Source of the DNA: Lama glama
Lineage: Eukaryota
NCBI GenBank assembly: GCA_028534125.1
Contig: CM052817.1
Span: 92,940,001 to 93,004,000, forward strand
Direction of reading: 5' to 3'
Length of the DNA stretch: 64,000 nt
In this document: one piece after another, positions 52,131-64,000 of the stretch
How positions within the stretch are numbered: the stretch's first letter is position 1
How the letters are laid out: the number at the start of each line of letters is the position of its first letter
The notes under the pieces: generated by a model
What the model was told of the DNA's origin: nothing
What the model saw: only the letters and a program-made list of their open reading frames with translations
Databases searched by the model: none
Program-made: the position numbers and the translations under genes

Positions 52131-53719
52131 AAAATATACATACCATTTAATCCTTAAGACAATTCAAAGAAGTTGAATAAATGGAGGATTGGAGAGGATA
52201 AGCAATGGGTCATACATCTCACAGGTAGTCAATGAAAGAGCTAGCAACTGAATCCAAGCAAGTTTGTGGATTTAAACAACCACACACATACATTGCCTTT
52301 GGGATCAGTGTGGGTAATTCTGAGAGGAGTGCTCAGGTTGAAGAAAGCAAGAACATATAATGAATTAAAAAACCTATGTGCACACCAACTATTGCAAGAA
52401 TGGGTTCTGTTTTGTTGAAAGAAAATGGAAAAGAAAAATAAAGAGGGATTGTGAGGTAAGTGGGTAAATGAGTCCCTAATTGCCTCAACATTGGGGAAAA
52501 ACAGGACGATCAGCAACCACAATGACAAACACTGAAGCTGTCAATCTGCTAACTTGCAAACACCAGAATTCTTTAATTGTCTGCTTGTAAGCCTGGTGAA
52601 AGATGGAGAGAAAGTCATTGAATCAGTTCACACATACTTTTCTGGAATGGTAACCTGCTCCCACTCCATTATCCAATCAGAATGCAGACCCATTCTGTCA
52701 ACCAGAAGACAATCATTGTTCTGGGCCCTGGCCTGGCCCGAATTATTCTCAACTGTCTCTGCTGTGATTGCATTATGTCCTTCCTCCTCACCGTGATAAA
52801 ATGCACCACTTTCTCCCAAGCTTTAAGCCTATTTCAAGCTACTGGAAGCAAATTCTCCAAGGACCTTCCCCAATAAAGTTTTAAATTCCACAGATTATCT
52901 GACTTTCCCCCTTTAGGGGAAGAACTATTTTACAGTTTGGTAAGTCACCATGAGCATCTTTTTCTCATGCTTGGAAAAAGAAGCATTTCCAAACTACCTC
53001 AGAGCCATAGTAAGCAAAATCACTAAACACACAGAGCCATTCCTACAAGGCTGAAGGCCACTGAGCCCTCACCTACTGGGGCCAAGGAGTCAGCATGCCT
53101 TTCCTCAAAATCTTAACAACAGCCAGAGAGAGAGATGTAGGCACTGGGGAGAAATGAAAGCCATTAGGTGCCTCTAAGCACAGACCAGGTACTTAATCAC
53201 GTTAAATGAAGGCCATAAAAACAGGCAGTCAGAGAGTAATAGAGATTTTGCACCCATCCTCCACTAGCGCGCTGCCAAGAACATTGTTATTCAAATAAAT
53301 CATCAAGGTAACATTCTATTTAAAATTCTCTCTGTCTTGGCTCCCATTCCTTTTTTCAAAGCTTCATTGAATGCTATTTTAATTTATGTTTTCAAGAGGA
53401 CATCACCTCACCATATAATACAAATGAGCTATTATTTGTGACTGTATCCCAAGCAGTATTGGAAGCAGACTTCTAAAAGGTATAGGGCATATTATAGAGA
53501 GATACACCATTTTTCCTGCAGGGGTTAACATCTTCAAGTTTTCACTCTCCCCAGTTAAGAAAAAGTTTCATCTTAGACTCCTGAAGGTAGGGGTCCTAGA
53601 CCTGTGTCCCAGACGATGGTAGATGAGCTCCTGCCAATGTGAAATGAGGATGGGGTTATCCGACACGTGGGACAACAGAGCAATTTGGACCCCAGTAAAT
53701 TTCATTTAATCTCACTTGA

Positions 53720-53912
53720 ACCAACATTTATTGAGTCTAACTGCACTGAACCCTCTGCTAGTCACCTCCTCATAGGTTATCTTTTTCAGCCCCAAAATAG
53801 CACTGTGAAAGAGACATCATTTATCCCACTCTAGTGGAATAAAGCCAAGGTTCAGAAATGTTAAATAATTTGCCCAAAGGGAAGAACTGACATTTAAACT
53901 CACAACTTCTGA
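53720..53912 (-). mobile_element. MIR SINE
   Basis: 'aacatttattgag...aaggttcagaaatgttaaataatttgcccaa...catttaaactca'. Confidence 0.65.
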
Positions 53913-54190
53913 TGTCATTTGTGAAAATGTTGCTACAAGGTGGGTTCCAATGTCCTGTCACATGTGAAAGAAGAGACAAACATTTTTCTTGGATTTCTTG
54001 AGAGTTTCATAACTGACCTTTACTCCATAGAAGGATTCTTTGCATTGAGAACTTGCCACATATCCCAACACGTATCTGTATCTCAAGCTGGTCTTTCTTC
54101 TCTGCCATGAGTAGTTATTTCTACTTTGGCACATTTTTCTAATCTTTAAGCATACACGACTTAAAGTGCTCTTTGAGCCTCTGTTCTATC

Positions 54191-54351
54191 TTTTTTTCTT
54201 TTTTTTAATTTATTTTTTATTTTGCTTTATTTTGGGGGGGTAGGTAATTAGGCTTACTTATTTATTTATTTGTAGAGGAGGTACTGGGGATTGAACCCAG
54301 GACCTTGTGCATGCTACGCATACACTCTACTACCTGAGCTATACCCTCCCC
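54191..54351 (-). mobile_element. tRNA-derived SINE (Vic-1 type)
   Basis: 'gaggaggtactggggattgaacccaggaccttgtgcatgct...tgagctataccctcccc'; degenerate TSD ctctgttctatc / ttctgctccatc. Confidence 0.92.
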
Positions 54352-55217
54352 ACTTCTGCTCCATCTCTTCAAACTACTATCAAATTCTAGTTATTTTTTC
54401 TTTAAAATGTTTTTTGGTTTTATCCCCTTTCTCTTCATCTTATATTTCTCACCTTAGTCTAGTCTGGCCTCACTTCTGTCCTGAACACTGCGATGTCTTC
54501 TAACCAATCCTCCTTTCTATAGTTTTTCATGTTTTCCACTGATCGCACCCTCCAGGCCCACTGTAGAGTGGGCAGACTCCTGGGCAAATATTTTCTGAAG
54601 GATCCTTGTCTATATAAACCAGTTGATTAAAAAATGTATTATAGAATTCATGGCTCCACTTGGGGAACATGGTTTATCAATGGTGCTTTAGAATAATGTA
54701 TAGAGAAGAGACACTTTTTTTTTTTTTAATAATCAGTGCATAAGAAGACTCTTCACAGTGTTCAGGTACCTTCTCTTCCTGTTCAAGTCCAGGAAACATC
54801 TTTCCAAGTTCTTCATTTTCCTGGCAAATTGTCCATCTCCCATCATGAGAAAAGGTAGTAATGTGGCTACTTATAACACTGCTATTCTTCAGAACTTGTT
54901 TATGTTGACGAATATACATCTTCTTGCCTCTGAACTTCCCTAATACCATGTATGTAATGCTGCTGACACCGTAACTCAAAATGCTCCCTCGCTCACTGTG
55001 CTGCCCATGACTCTCACAGGTTATTACTGGGCATCGCTGATGCTGTGCCTGAATGTGTCTTACCCAGAGCATGCAGGAAAACATAAAAGATAGTTATCTC
55101 CTGGCGACGTTAATTTACCATTCAGCATTAACATAAAATAATACCTCTTCCTACCATGTGTTCTCTTGATTCTGGGGTCTCTCACCACTGTATCGCTAGA
55201 ATGTGATCACTTTCGAA

Positions 55218-55640
55218 TTTTTTCATTTTTATTGAGGTCCGCTTAATATACCAAAAAACTGTACTTGTTTAATGTGTACACTTTGATGAGTTTGAACATA
55301 TGCATACATCCATGATACCACTACCACAATCAAGGAAATAAACATATCCATCACCTCCAAAAGATTCCTTGTGTCCTCTTGCTTTGTGTGTGTGTGTGTG
55401 TGTGTGTGTGTTAAGAACACTTGGCATAAGCTCTACCCTCTTAAGTTTTTAAGTGCACAATATAGATTGATAACTAAATTGTTAACTATAGGCACCATGT
55501 TGTAGAGCAGATCTCTAGAATTTATTCATCTTGTATAACTGTAACTTTATACCCATTGAACCACAACTCTCCATTTCCCCTTCTCTCATCCTGTGGCATC
55601 GCCATTCTATGCACTGCTTCTATGGGTCTGACTATTTCAT
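55218..55640 (-). mobile_element. L1MA/MB 3' end containing a (TG)n microsatellite (55385-55411)
   Basis: 'tttttattgagg...acatatccatcacctcc...ggcaccatgttgtagagcagatctctagaatttattcatcttgtataactg'. Confidence 0.85.
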
Positions 55641-55899
55641 ACTCGTACTTGATGTAAGTACCAGCTACCCTGATCTAGGCTCAAAGAAACCTACTTGAGA
55701 GCACTGCCAACTCCAGCTGGTCTTGGTATTTGACAAGAAATAAGAAAATTTTGTGAAAGGAACTCCCAAGTATGGAGATGCTCTGAAACATGAGGTTCCA
55801 GGGCAAGACCCCATGTGTTTGCACCTAAGAGTGGTAATACCCTCCTACCCAGTATCATTTCCAGACAACCTTCCTAAAACATCACTTGTCCAAGAATTC

Positions 55900-56395
55900 A
55901 TGTCTTATTACTTCCAGCCATATCCATTGTGCCCTTTTATCTGTTTTTTCTGACTCAGCATAATCTGACCTCTGTGGTCACTGCAACCCAGTTTCTCTGT
56001 ATTCTCTAACACTCATCCTTAAACAAGTGTTGACCATATCTTACATGCTCATTTCAACTCCGGTGTCTTTGCTCATATTCTTCTCCCCTCTCTTCTCATT
56101 CCAACAGTATAAATTCTGTTCTTTTTTTAAAAAAATCAGCTCAAGTCTTAAGTCTTCTATGAGTGTATTAGTTTGCATTGTTTTCTCTATTTTTTGTCAC
56201 TATGCTGGGTTTAAAAATCTCTACTAGTCACTTTAGGATAAAACTGGTTGCTTTTCCTTTTCTTTCACATGTGAGCATATTAGTTATCTCTCGTCAATTA
56301 AGCTATAAATTTGTTGATAGCTAGGAGTGTATAATGCCTTAGCTGGAATCCACACAGCACTCTGGACAATATGCATTGATTAATTCAATGAAACA
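55900..56395 (+). mobile_element. L2 LINE remnant
   Basis: 'cagctcaagtcttaagtcttctatgag', 'agctataaatttgttgatagctagga...cagcactctggac'. Confidence 0.5.
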
Positions 56396-56911
56396 ATGTA
56401 TCATCAACCCAAAGCTGAACTTGGTCACTGTGTTAGAATAAGGTATTTCTTGTTGTTTAGGAGTCTTAGTAAAAATTAGTGATTAGGAAAATGGCAAGAT
56501 GGTGGCCCAAGTTATAAGGAGAAAGTGAAATTTGGAGAAGGATAAAGAGAAAAGGAAAAGTAAAGAAGAAGATGATTTTTGTGCCCACCTCTTCAAAACA
56601 TGTAAAAATTCAGCCAGGTCTTTAGTTTTCTCACGGGAGGCCAAACGATATGTAAAGTGAGGTCACTTAACCATGGTTTCGTGAAGACATGTAATGCCAC
56701 AGAGATCATTTTAAACCAAAGAAAATCAGGTCAGGTCCTTATTAATTGGAGACAAAAAAGGAATGATAGGATTGCAGATTGTTGAAGGAAAAGCTAAAAG
56801 CAAACCCAAAAATCCCCACAATTTCTCCATCCATCTTTACTAATTGCATTTTAAGGCAAAAGGCAAAAGATAAAATAGGATCTTTTATTTTAAAAATCAT
56901 TATTATATTTT

Positions 56912-56912
56912 A

Positions 56913-56961
<49 letters not shown>

Positions 56962-56966
56962 GTCTA
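56912..56966. repeat. (ATCT)n / GATA tetranucleotide microsatellite
   Basis: About 12 tandem atct units. Confidence 0.95.
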
Positions 56967-56969
56967 TAT

Positions 56970-58980
56970 TTGTAACCTGCTGTTACACAGTATTTCAAAC
57001 ACATACAAAAAAAGGAGGATAATAAAACAAATTCCTCACTCAGCCATTCTTGTTTCATCTCTACCTCCTATCTCTCCACCCAGATCATCTCTAAGCAAAT
57101 TCTCAACATCATATAATTTCAAATTAGTATTTCATTATATATCTCTAAATTACAAGCACTTCCCCTACAAAAAAACCATAGTATTTTTATTAAACCTACA
57201 CACAAAAACATTCCCTTAATACCACCAAATAGCCAATGTTCACATTTTCCAAGTTGTATTGTGATTTTTAACACTTTGAATGTTTGAATTAAGATCCAAA
57301 CAAAGCCCACACATTGGACTGGTTAATACGTCACTTGTATGAAGCTAGAGGCTCCTACCTCCATTCATGTTGTTGGTTTCTCCCTTGCCATTGTTTCCCT
57401 GCAATAACTTACCTGTAGCTTCTGCTTCCCACAGCGTGTTTACTGATTTCACTCCCTGTGGTGTCATTTAACATGTTCCATGACTCTGGCTCTTTTGTTT
57501 CCTCTAACTTGTCAGATTTAAGCACTTGAATGATTCAGGGGGCTTTCTGTTTATTTATTTTTGTTTTTTACAAAACTGCTTCATAGGTGGTATTGTTACT
57601 TCCAAAAGTAGGTACTTACTGGCTTACTGTCTGATTCTCTGTAATCTTAGCAGCCATTGATGAACACTGCCTGGATCAGTCAATTCTTTATGGGCTGGAA
57701 AATGATTTGCTAATAGTATTGGTCTCTACTTGTTAGTTGGGATACTTTTAGAAACAGAAATTTCCCCTCATCAGCTACACCAAAGTAATAATTTTATTAG
57801 CGGTAGTTAGGTAAGTACTTGATGCCTTCCATTTACTTATCCATTTTCTAAATAAAGCATTGTTTCCCTAGTATCTCCAGTGATGATCAAAGAGATTCTT
57901 AAAGTATCATTATGAGCTCATGGATTTAAGTATATTAAATGTATTTCAACCTCTTCTTTTTATTATCTTTATTATCCCAATTTTGGTGAGTAGGAGCCTG
58001 TTCAAGTGGGCTTTTGCACCCTTTTGACAGAATTCTAGCGGTCTCTGATAGCACCAATGTTTGATAGCATAGATGTTCTAGACACATCTTGTACATTCCT
58101 ACCTGAGACCTAGAAACAGCCATATCTCCAAGGAGGACACACACCCACAGACACACACATATATATGTCCAATATTTGTGTACAGTATAAGATCACACAC
58201 ATGTGTGCATATTACTTGTTGCATTTATATATTATAATATTTATTATATGTAAGATTATATATGAATAATATATGTTATATGGTATAATTATACCTATAT
58301 ATCATGTTTTTGGTATATATAACCTTATATGTGATATACATAATCTTACATATTATAAACTTATTTTATCATACATTACATATTATAAGTATATATGCAT
58401 CAGACAAAAATCATTATGAAATTATACTGATATATATCATTCAAATTTCAGAATACACAGTTTTGGCTTGTCCTCATCAATTTTACACGCATGTCTTTTC
58501 TTTCATGCCGAACACTCCAATTTCAAGTTTTATCAAGTTAGCTTACACCACACACACATAGTCTGAGGATGGCAGCAATGCCAATGTTAACACCAAAAAT
58601 GTGATTACTGAAAACACAGTTGTACGATCAAATTACTGTGATTTGTAGTCACTTAAAATAGTTCCTATCTCTATGGTTGTCATATCACATTTTTGTTTTA
58701 GATTGCATTCCACTTTTTAAAGATTGCTTTTTAAAATTTAATTTAAATTATAATTATTTTAAACATTACGTGTTTACAAAGTCCAACCTATAAAGCAAAG
58801 TAAATTCAAAAAAGTATCACTTCTATACCTTATCGACTGCAACCTAATTTCTCCCTCCTCTTACAGGAAACAATTTAATATCATGGTTAACCTTTCTATG
58901 TAATGGTAGCATACATAAATGATTTCTTTATCTATCTTGCTCTTTTCACTTATGCTGGAGCCTACTCCAAAGTACTATAC
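56970..58980 (-). mobile_element. Old L1MC/ME 3' region with internal AT-rich tract (58190-58440)
   Basis: 'tttgaattaagatccaaacaaagcccacacattg', 'gggagcc'-like 'aggagcctgttcaagtggg', 'cctagaaacagccatatctccaaggag'. Confidence 0.7.
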
Positions 58981-58984
58981 AGAG

Positions 58985-59085
58985 TTGCACTATCCAAAAT
59001 AGTAGCCATCAGACACATATGACTATTTAAATTTAAATTTAAATTAAATAAATTTAACTAAAATTTAAAATTCAGCTTTTCAGTC
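58985..59085 (+). mobile_element. MER33/MER3-type hAT-Charlie fragment
   Basis: 'ctatccaaaatagtagccatcagacacatatgactatttaaatttaaa...aaattcagcttttcagtc'. Confidence 0.7.
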
Positions 59086-60792
59086 TTCTTTGTCTCACCA
59101 AGGCTGATCTAGCTACTGCTGCTATGACTATCCAACTTGCCAAGACAAAGACTAAGGCTGAAACCTCCTGGTATGGTTTCACCCCTTGAAGAAATCAAGC
59201 AATTAACTTAGCCACTTGACGGCAAGTTGATTAGATTCAACGCTTTACTCCCTAGAAATACAAAATTCATTCTGGCCTAGATTGACAGGTGCTCTGGGTA
59301 TGGTTTTGCCTTTCTTTCCCACACTTTCTCAGCCATTTGAAGACCTGAAGTGTTTGAGTTATTGACATGGGATCATGTTAAATAATCCCTTGGACCAAAA
59401 GACATGCTTTCCCATTCAGAGATGGGCAACCATCGACAATCACTATGGGTTCCACTGTGGTCTACAACACACTGCAGTGTCCGGAAGCTACTTGCCTGAC
59501 AGACCAACAGAATGACTTTTTGAGGGCATAACTGAGGCATCAGTTTAGAGATCAATCCCTGCAAGAATAGAGTACTATCCTTCAAGATGAGGTTCATCTT
59601 AAAGTAATGGCCATGCCATGGCATTATGTCTGCCATAGTTGGAATAACTAAGTCCAGGAATCAAGGTGGTAGAAATAGGAATGATTATTCCCACTCATAC
59701 TGATTATGCCTATTCCTATTCCTGTTCATTCATGATGAAATACTTGAGGATTTTATGCTTCACATCCCCACAATTCTTGGCTCTATACGTCTAGAGTTAC
59801 AACTATTACCTGGCCACATTGGATTCCTCGTGCCAGGGAACCAACTGTCAAACAAAGTATTTCCATACTGGCAGGGTTAAGTGACTGTAATTATCATGAG
59901 GATACTGGTTACTACTGAATAAAGGGGCGGGAAGGAGGGTGGAGCAGAGAGGAATCTCTTTGGCCCTCGGGCGATGTACTGGGCATCTTTTTGAATTTGC
60001 ATGTCCAATTTTAACTGGAAATGGATACATATAGTAATCACAGGCTGACAAAGGCATGATAATCAGAGGCTTAGGTTGGAGGGTCTGAGGTACCCTGCCA
60101 GGCAGGCCCCTTATACCATCAGAAATGCTAGATGAGGTTGGTGAGAATCTAGACTAAGTGGTCGAGAAAAGAGATGTTCAGGGTAAACAACTTTCTTGGA
60201 AACAACTGTAGCAGTGGTGTTAGAAGAGGTCACTGAGGGGAAATGACTTCCAGTTGACCCCTGAGCTGGACCCAGGCATTTGGAGGCTCCTTACTGCCTC
60301 CTCTGTCCTTGGAATGTATGTTCCTCCCATTGTCCCCACATGGGAGCCATTCAAGGACACAGCCTTGAGAGAGCAATGTGTTGTTGGCAACCATGTGAAC
60401 TGAATACATGACTGAATCCCATTAAGGCTTCTTTGTAAACATTTAATAAGATTCTGGCGGGCCGGTGCAGAGATCTACTCATCTGTCAGCTGCCCAAGAC
60501 AAGCCTCATACATAAGTTCCCCTGCTTATTAAAACTGCTATCTACAAAGCTGGAGTGGCCTGTGCCTTTGTTTGGTGCTCTTTGACATCTGTGTACAGGA
60601 ACCAGTATCAAATTTCATCCAGGAAACTCCCAAAGTTGTGAACCAACAAGTGAACACTTGCATTTGTCATACTGACTTTCCTCTTGTAAAGTTTCCAGAA
60701 ATTGGAGCTAACCAAAATCACAGGGAAGCTGTCAGTGAAAAGAGAACACTCACTGGGAAAAGTGAATAGATTTCGGTAGTATAAGGTGGGAC
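59086..60792 (+). mobile_element. ERVL internal remnant (integrase region to polypurine tract), interrupted by a solo LTR
   Basis: Decayed LTKADLATAA..PTCQ, QVD and ID..SGYGFAF integrase motifs; 'aaggtgggac' PPT-like sequence before the 3' LTR. Confidence 0.75.
60218..60648 (+). mobile_element. Solo LTR (probably ERVL class; family uncertain)
   Basis: TGT...ACA termini, near-perfect 5-bp TSD agtgg/agtga, polyA signal attaaa at ~60528. Confidence 0.7.
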
Positions 60793-61224
60793 TCTACAGA
60801 TACTGTTGGTATGGTGCAAAAGATCTCATTTACTAGGCACTGTAACCATCTCCCAGCTGCTTGAGTTTTGACCTTTAATGGCTCACAACTCTGGCTTTCT
60901 GTCGAAGATTGCCTAAGGCTTACAGGAGCCACCTGACCCAGAAATGCTTTGGAATTTATGCACTCACCCCCATTACAGTTTGTCGATAGCCAGCGACAAT
61001 GGTATAATAGCTTAGCCTCCCCATTGCCATCTGGCTGAGAAAACCTCTGGTGCAATTCATACTCCAAAGTATAAGGCTTAATGCCTGACTTCCCATGAAA
61101 CTGTATCTTTGCCCGTCTTCCCCTGATGTTCTGTTTCCCTTATTCCCTTGCCTTTTTCCCAAATAAATCCTCACTTACTTGGAAAAAAGAAAATTCCCTA
61201 TCTCAGGAATCCAACCTAAAACCA
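60793..61224 (+). mobile_element. LTR33-like ERVL 3' LTR
   Basis: Follows the PPT; starts 'cagatactgttggt' and ends 'aataaatc...tctcagg...aacctaaaacca'. Confidence 0.6.
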
Positions 61225-61259
61225 TATTTGCAGTGGTCTTGGTATTATTGCTCTGAGTT

Positions 61260-61285
61260 TGTGTGTGTGTGTGTGTGTGTGTGTG
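61260..61285. repeat. (TG)n microsatellite
   Basis: About 13 TG units. Confidence 0.95.
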
Positions 61286-63299
61286 GTTGTGTAGGTAGTG
61301 GAATGAAGCCAGTGAATAATTTTGGGATATTCTATAGAGTTTTACCTTTCCCAGGGTCATTGGAAATGAGATTCTTGAAGGACAAGATTAGTAGAGATTA
61401 AAAACTCTTTGTATTTAAATTTTGATTGGAAGCTCATCTTCATATTGAGATTTTTTTCATAAAGCATTTTTTAAAAAAAAACATATGTCCTAGCTCTGTC
61501 CATTGAAAAGACCAAGAAGCAAAGACCAACCCCATGGCAAAGTGCTCAGATTGTCTTGAAAACACTATTTCCCACAAAAAGTAACCAGGGTTCCTTAAAG
61601 TTACGTTCACAGCAGGAAACACGCAAGATGAGCCTGAAATGTCCTGTCACAACAGATAGCAAGGCAATTGATAAACACCAGTAAGTGCCAACTTAAAGAG
61701 GCTTTCACTGGCCAAAAATAAGGTCATTTTGTAAGGATAACAACTGTAATAAATTAAAATACACCAAATATGCTTAAATTCATGCACTGATAATAACACT
61801 ACTGAAACAAAGAACAACAAAGCAAACAGATTGTTCACTGGTACACAAACTGAATTCAGTTAAAGACAGAAGAGATGGTTAAATCTGAAATAAGTTCATA
61901 GGCTTCGCAAAGCTAGAAGCGCTCTGTCACAAATTCCTGCCTCATCCACTTACCTAATTTCTTAGCCAATTTTCAAGAGACTATTTTTCTGTTTCTAAGA
62001 TTAGGTAAAAAAAAAAAAATCAAAGTGCAAGCACTTTGTTAATTTAGAACTACAACACATCTAAAAAAATGTATTTTATTTGGTTTCCCCATTAACCTTA
62101 TTTCTAGAGTTGAAAGATATGAAGTAAAATTTTTGAATAATAGAATATCAAAATAAGCTTGGAGATCATAAGCCAGTGTCTCATTTTACATATCAAGTAT
62201 CTGAGGTTTTTCACTCTATTTCCAAGACATTACCCATGCAACTATGGTAGGAAGATGTCTCCATCAGAGAGTTGAATGTTGGTTCTGAAGAGCACTGCAG
62301 GTGGGAAGTCTGTTCCTCCCTTTTCCCAACATGGCAGAAGGTCTGTTTTGATTAGCACTGCTGCCTGCTGAGTTCTTGTCCTAGCCTTGGGGTGTGTTGG
62401 AAAAACATTTTATTTTCTTTCTGCTGTATGAATTGACAGGCTTTTCTTTAGCAATTATTTTGATGGCTCATATTCCTTACAATGAGGAAGTTACCATGAT
62501 GGGATGCAGATGCTTAAATCCTTGCCCAAATCTGTGAAAGGCTGTATGGAGGAAGAGGAGGAGTTTGCTAAACCAGAGGAAAGTAGTCAGAGGGGCTTGA
62601 CTGTGAAAGCAGTCATGGAGAGAGCTGGGGAGCATTCAGGAGACGACTGTGTCCAGGACTGGCTGGGGGTCAAGGCACTGACCCCGGGTTAAAGGTTCAC
62701 AGATGATTCACACAACACTATAAACATGTCCGTTGGATGAATGAATACAGGAGCATTCCAGGCAAGACAGAACAGGGATGAGAAGGTGAAGCATAGAAAA
62801 CTCTCACTCTGCAAAGGCAGAAACACTCATGGAGTTAAGCTGATAAAAGGCTCGTAAGCTCATACATAAAATTAAGTGAGCCATTAATGAGAAAGTCCCC
62901 TAGAATCTCACCTATGTTAGACAAACCTTAAATAATTCATAATAATAAAAAAGAAATCAAGCCATTAGCTTCTCTTGTGAGAACACGATGTCTTCCAAGA
63001 GAAGACTACTGTTGGCCAGACATTCTATTAGAGTGAAGGGGACAATTCTTAATCTCAAAATAAATGTGGGAAAATATTCACCAAGGAAAACAGAGTTGAT
63101 CAAGTCAGATCCAACCACAGTGAGCTCCACAGGAGTGTTTAAATTCTTGGATTGCTCTAGAGCTCTGTTGCTCAGTTTCCTTGTGTATAAAATGGTATAT
63201 CATCATATAAATCTCCTAAGATTGCAGTCAGAGTGAAAACAAATGAAATATGCACAGCAGAGTCCCCTCCTTTCCCACAACACCTCCCTCCTACTAAAA

Positions 63300-63392
63300 C
63301 AGCAAAGTTGGGTAGTTGCGACAGAGACTTATGACCCCAAAGCCTAAAATATTTACTATCTGCCCCTCACAGGAAACAGTTTGTTGACCCCA
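63300..63392 (+). mobile_element. MER58 (hAT-Charlie) 3' fragment
   Basis: 'gtagttgcgacagagac...caaagcctaaaatatttactatctg...gtttgttgacccc'. Confidence 0.8.
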
Positions 63393-64000
63393 ATTTAAAT
63401 CAATAATAGTAAGTAAGTACTTGCACCTTGAGGACTCACTGAGCATCTAAAATTCTGAATTGCCTCCTATTTCATCTTAGTAAGAATGTTGGGCTAAAAG
63501 CTGGGTAAGGCTTACTGAATTAACCTAGAGCCTGTATTCTCTAGGAAACCACAATTTGCACTTGAAAGGAGCAATCTCAAGGATGCGCACGCTAACCCTG
63601 AGGTTCTCCAGGTTCTGGTACGTAAGAAATTATAGATCAGAAAGCTCCAACCCCTTGATTTCTTTGCTTTGTTTCTTCATGGCCATTCCTTTCAGAACCA
63701 TAATTTGAAAGGTTGACCTTGGTCCCCCAAAGAGCAATCCTGTATCTTAAATAGAACTCACGTTCAAGTATTTGTCCATTAGATCATGCAGTATTCTTTG
63801 GGGGAACTATGTTAAGGGAGGATTTTAGTTGACTATCTACAGTGACAGTAAGACTATGTCAGAAAAGTATGGGTAGTATTTCTACTTGCAATAAAGGAGT
63901 CTTGAATTCAATATCAGAGACAACTTAGTTCTTCCTGGTAAACTCCCATACTTTTATTTTTAGTTTGATGAGGGCTGAATAATTCTTCACGCTCCTGCGT

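Noticed and set aside
53258..53277. CTCF-like ccactagcgcgctg
   Set aside because: The core spacing deviates from the CTCF consensus (CCACYAGRKGGCR); insufficient without ChIP data.
640..63236. ORFs of 60-175 aa in the six-frame track
   Set aside because: None has a recognisable domain. Many start at non-ATG codons, overlap repeats or low-complexity DNA, and have sizes expected by chance in 64 kb.
1..64000. CRISPR arrays, operons, prokaryotic or viral defence systems, known miRNA/snoRNA genes
   Set aside because: This is mammalian repeat-rich DNA with no regularly spaced repeat-spacer array or gene-dense block. I recognised no known miRNA or snoRNA by eye, though an Rfam/miRBase scan would be needed to exclude them.

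Overview
This is mammalian, repeat-rich, essentially non-coding genomic DNA. It is most likely camelid (camel, alpaca or llama), inferred from four copies of a tRNA-derived SINE matching the camelid Vic-1 family. I recognise no intact protein-coding gene: the six-frame ORFs are chance ORFs, low-complexity sequence, an N-gap, or decayed L1/ERV remnants. The window contains a CpG-enriched promoter-like region with a splice donor at about 1.3-2.3 kb, a motif-dense element near 12.5 kb and a few candidate non-coding exons. This fits a long 5' intron or a lncRNA locus, but I cannot identify the gene. Repeats include L1 of several ages, L2/MIR, MaLR/ERVL LTRs, two ERVL pol remnants, a MER41-like ERV1 solo LTR, Tigger and hAT DNA transposons, a U2 snRNA 5' fragment and microsatellites. 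There is a 500-N assembly gap. The most notable observations are (1) a gap-free 115-bp inverted repeat (about 90% identity) fused to a fold-back L1 junction, (2) a MER41-like LTR retaining a perfect STAT/GAS site, and (3) a TSD-flanked 149-bp internal L1 ORF2-start insertion lacking the L1 3' end. I find no convincing evidence of a novel multi-gene biological system. Repeat family names come from recalled consensus sequences and should be confirmed with Dfam/RepeatMasker; most repeat boundaries are approximate unless TSDs are given.
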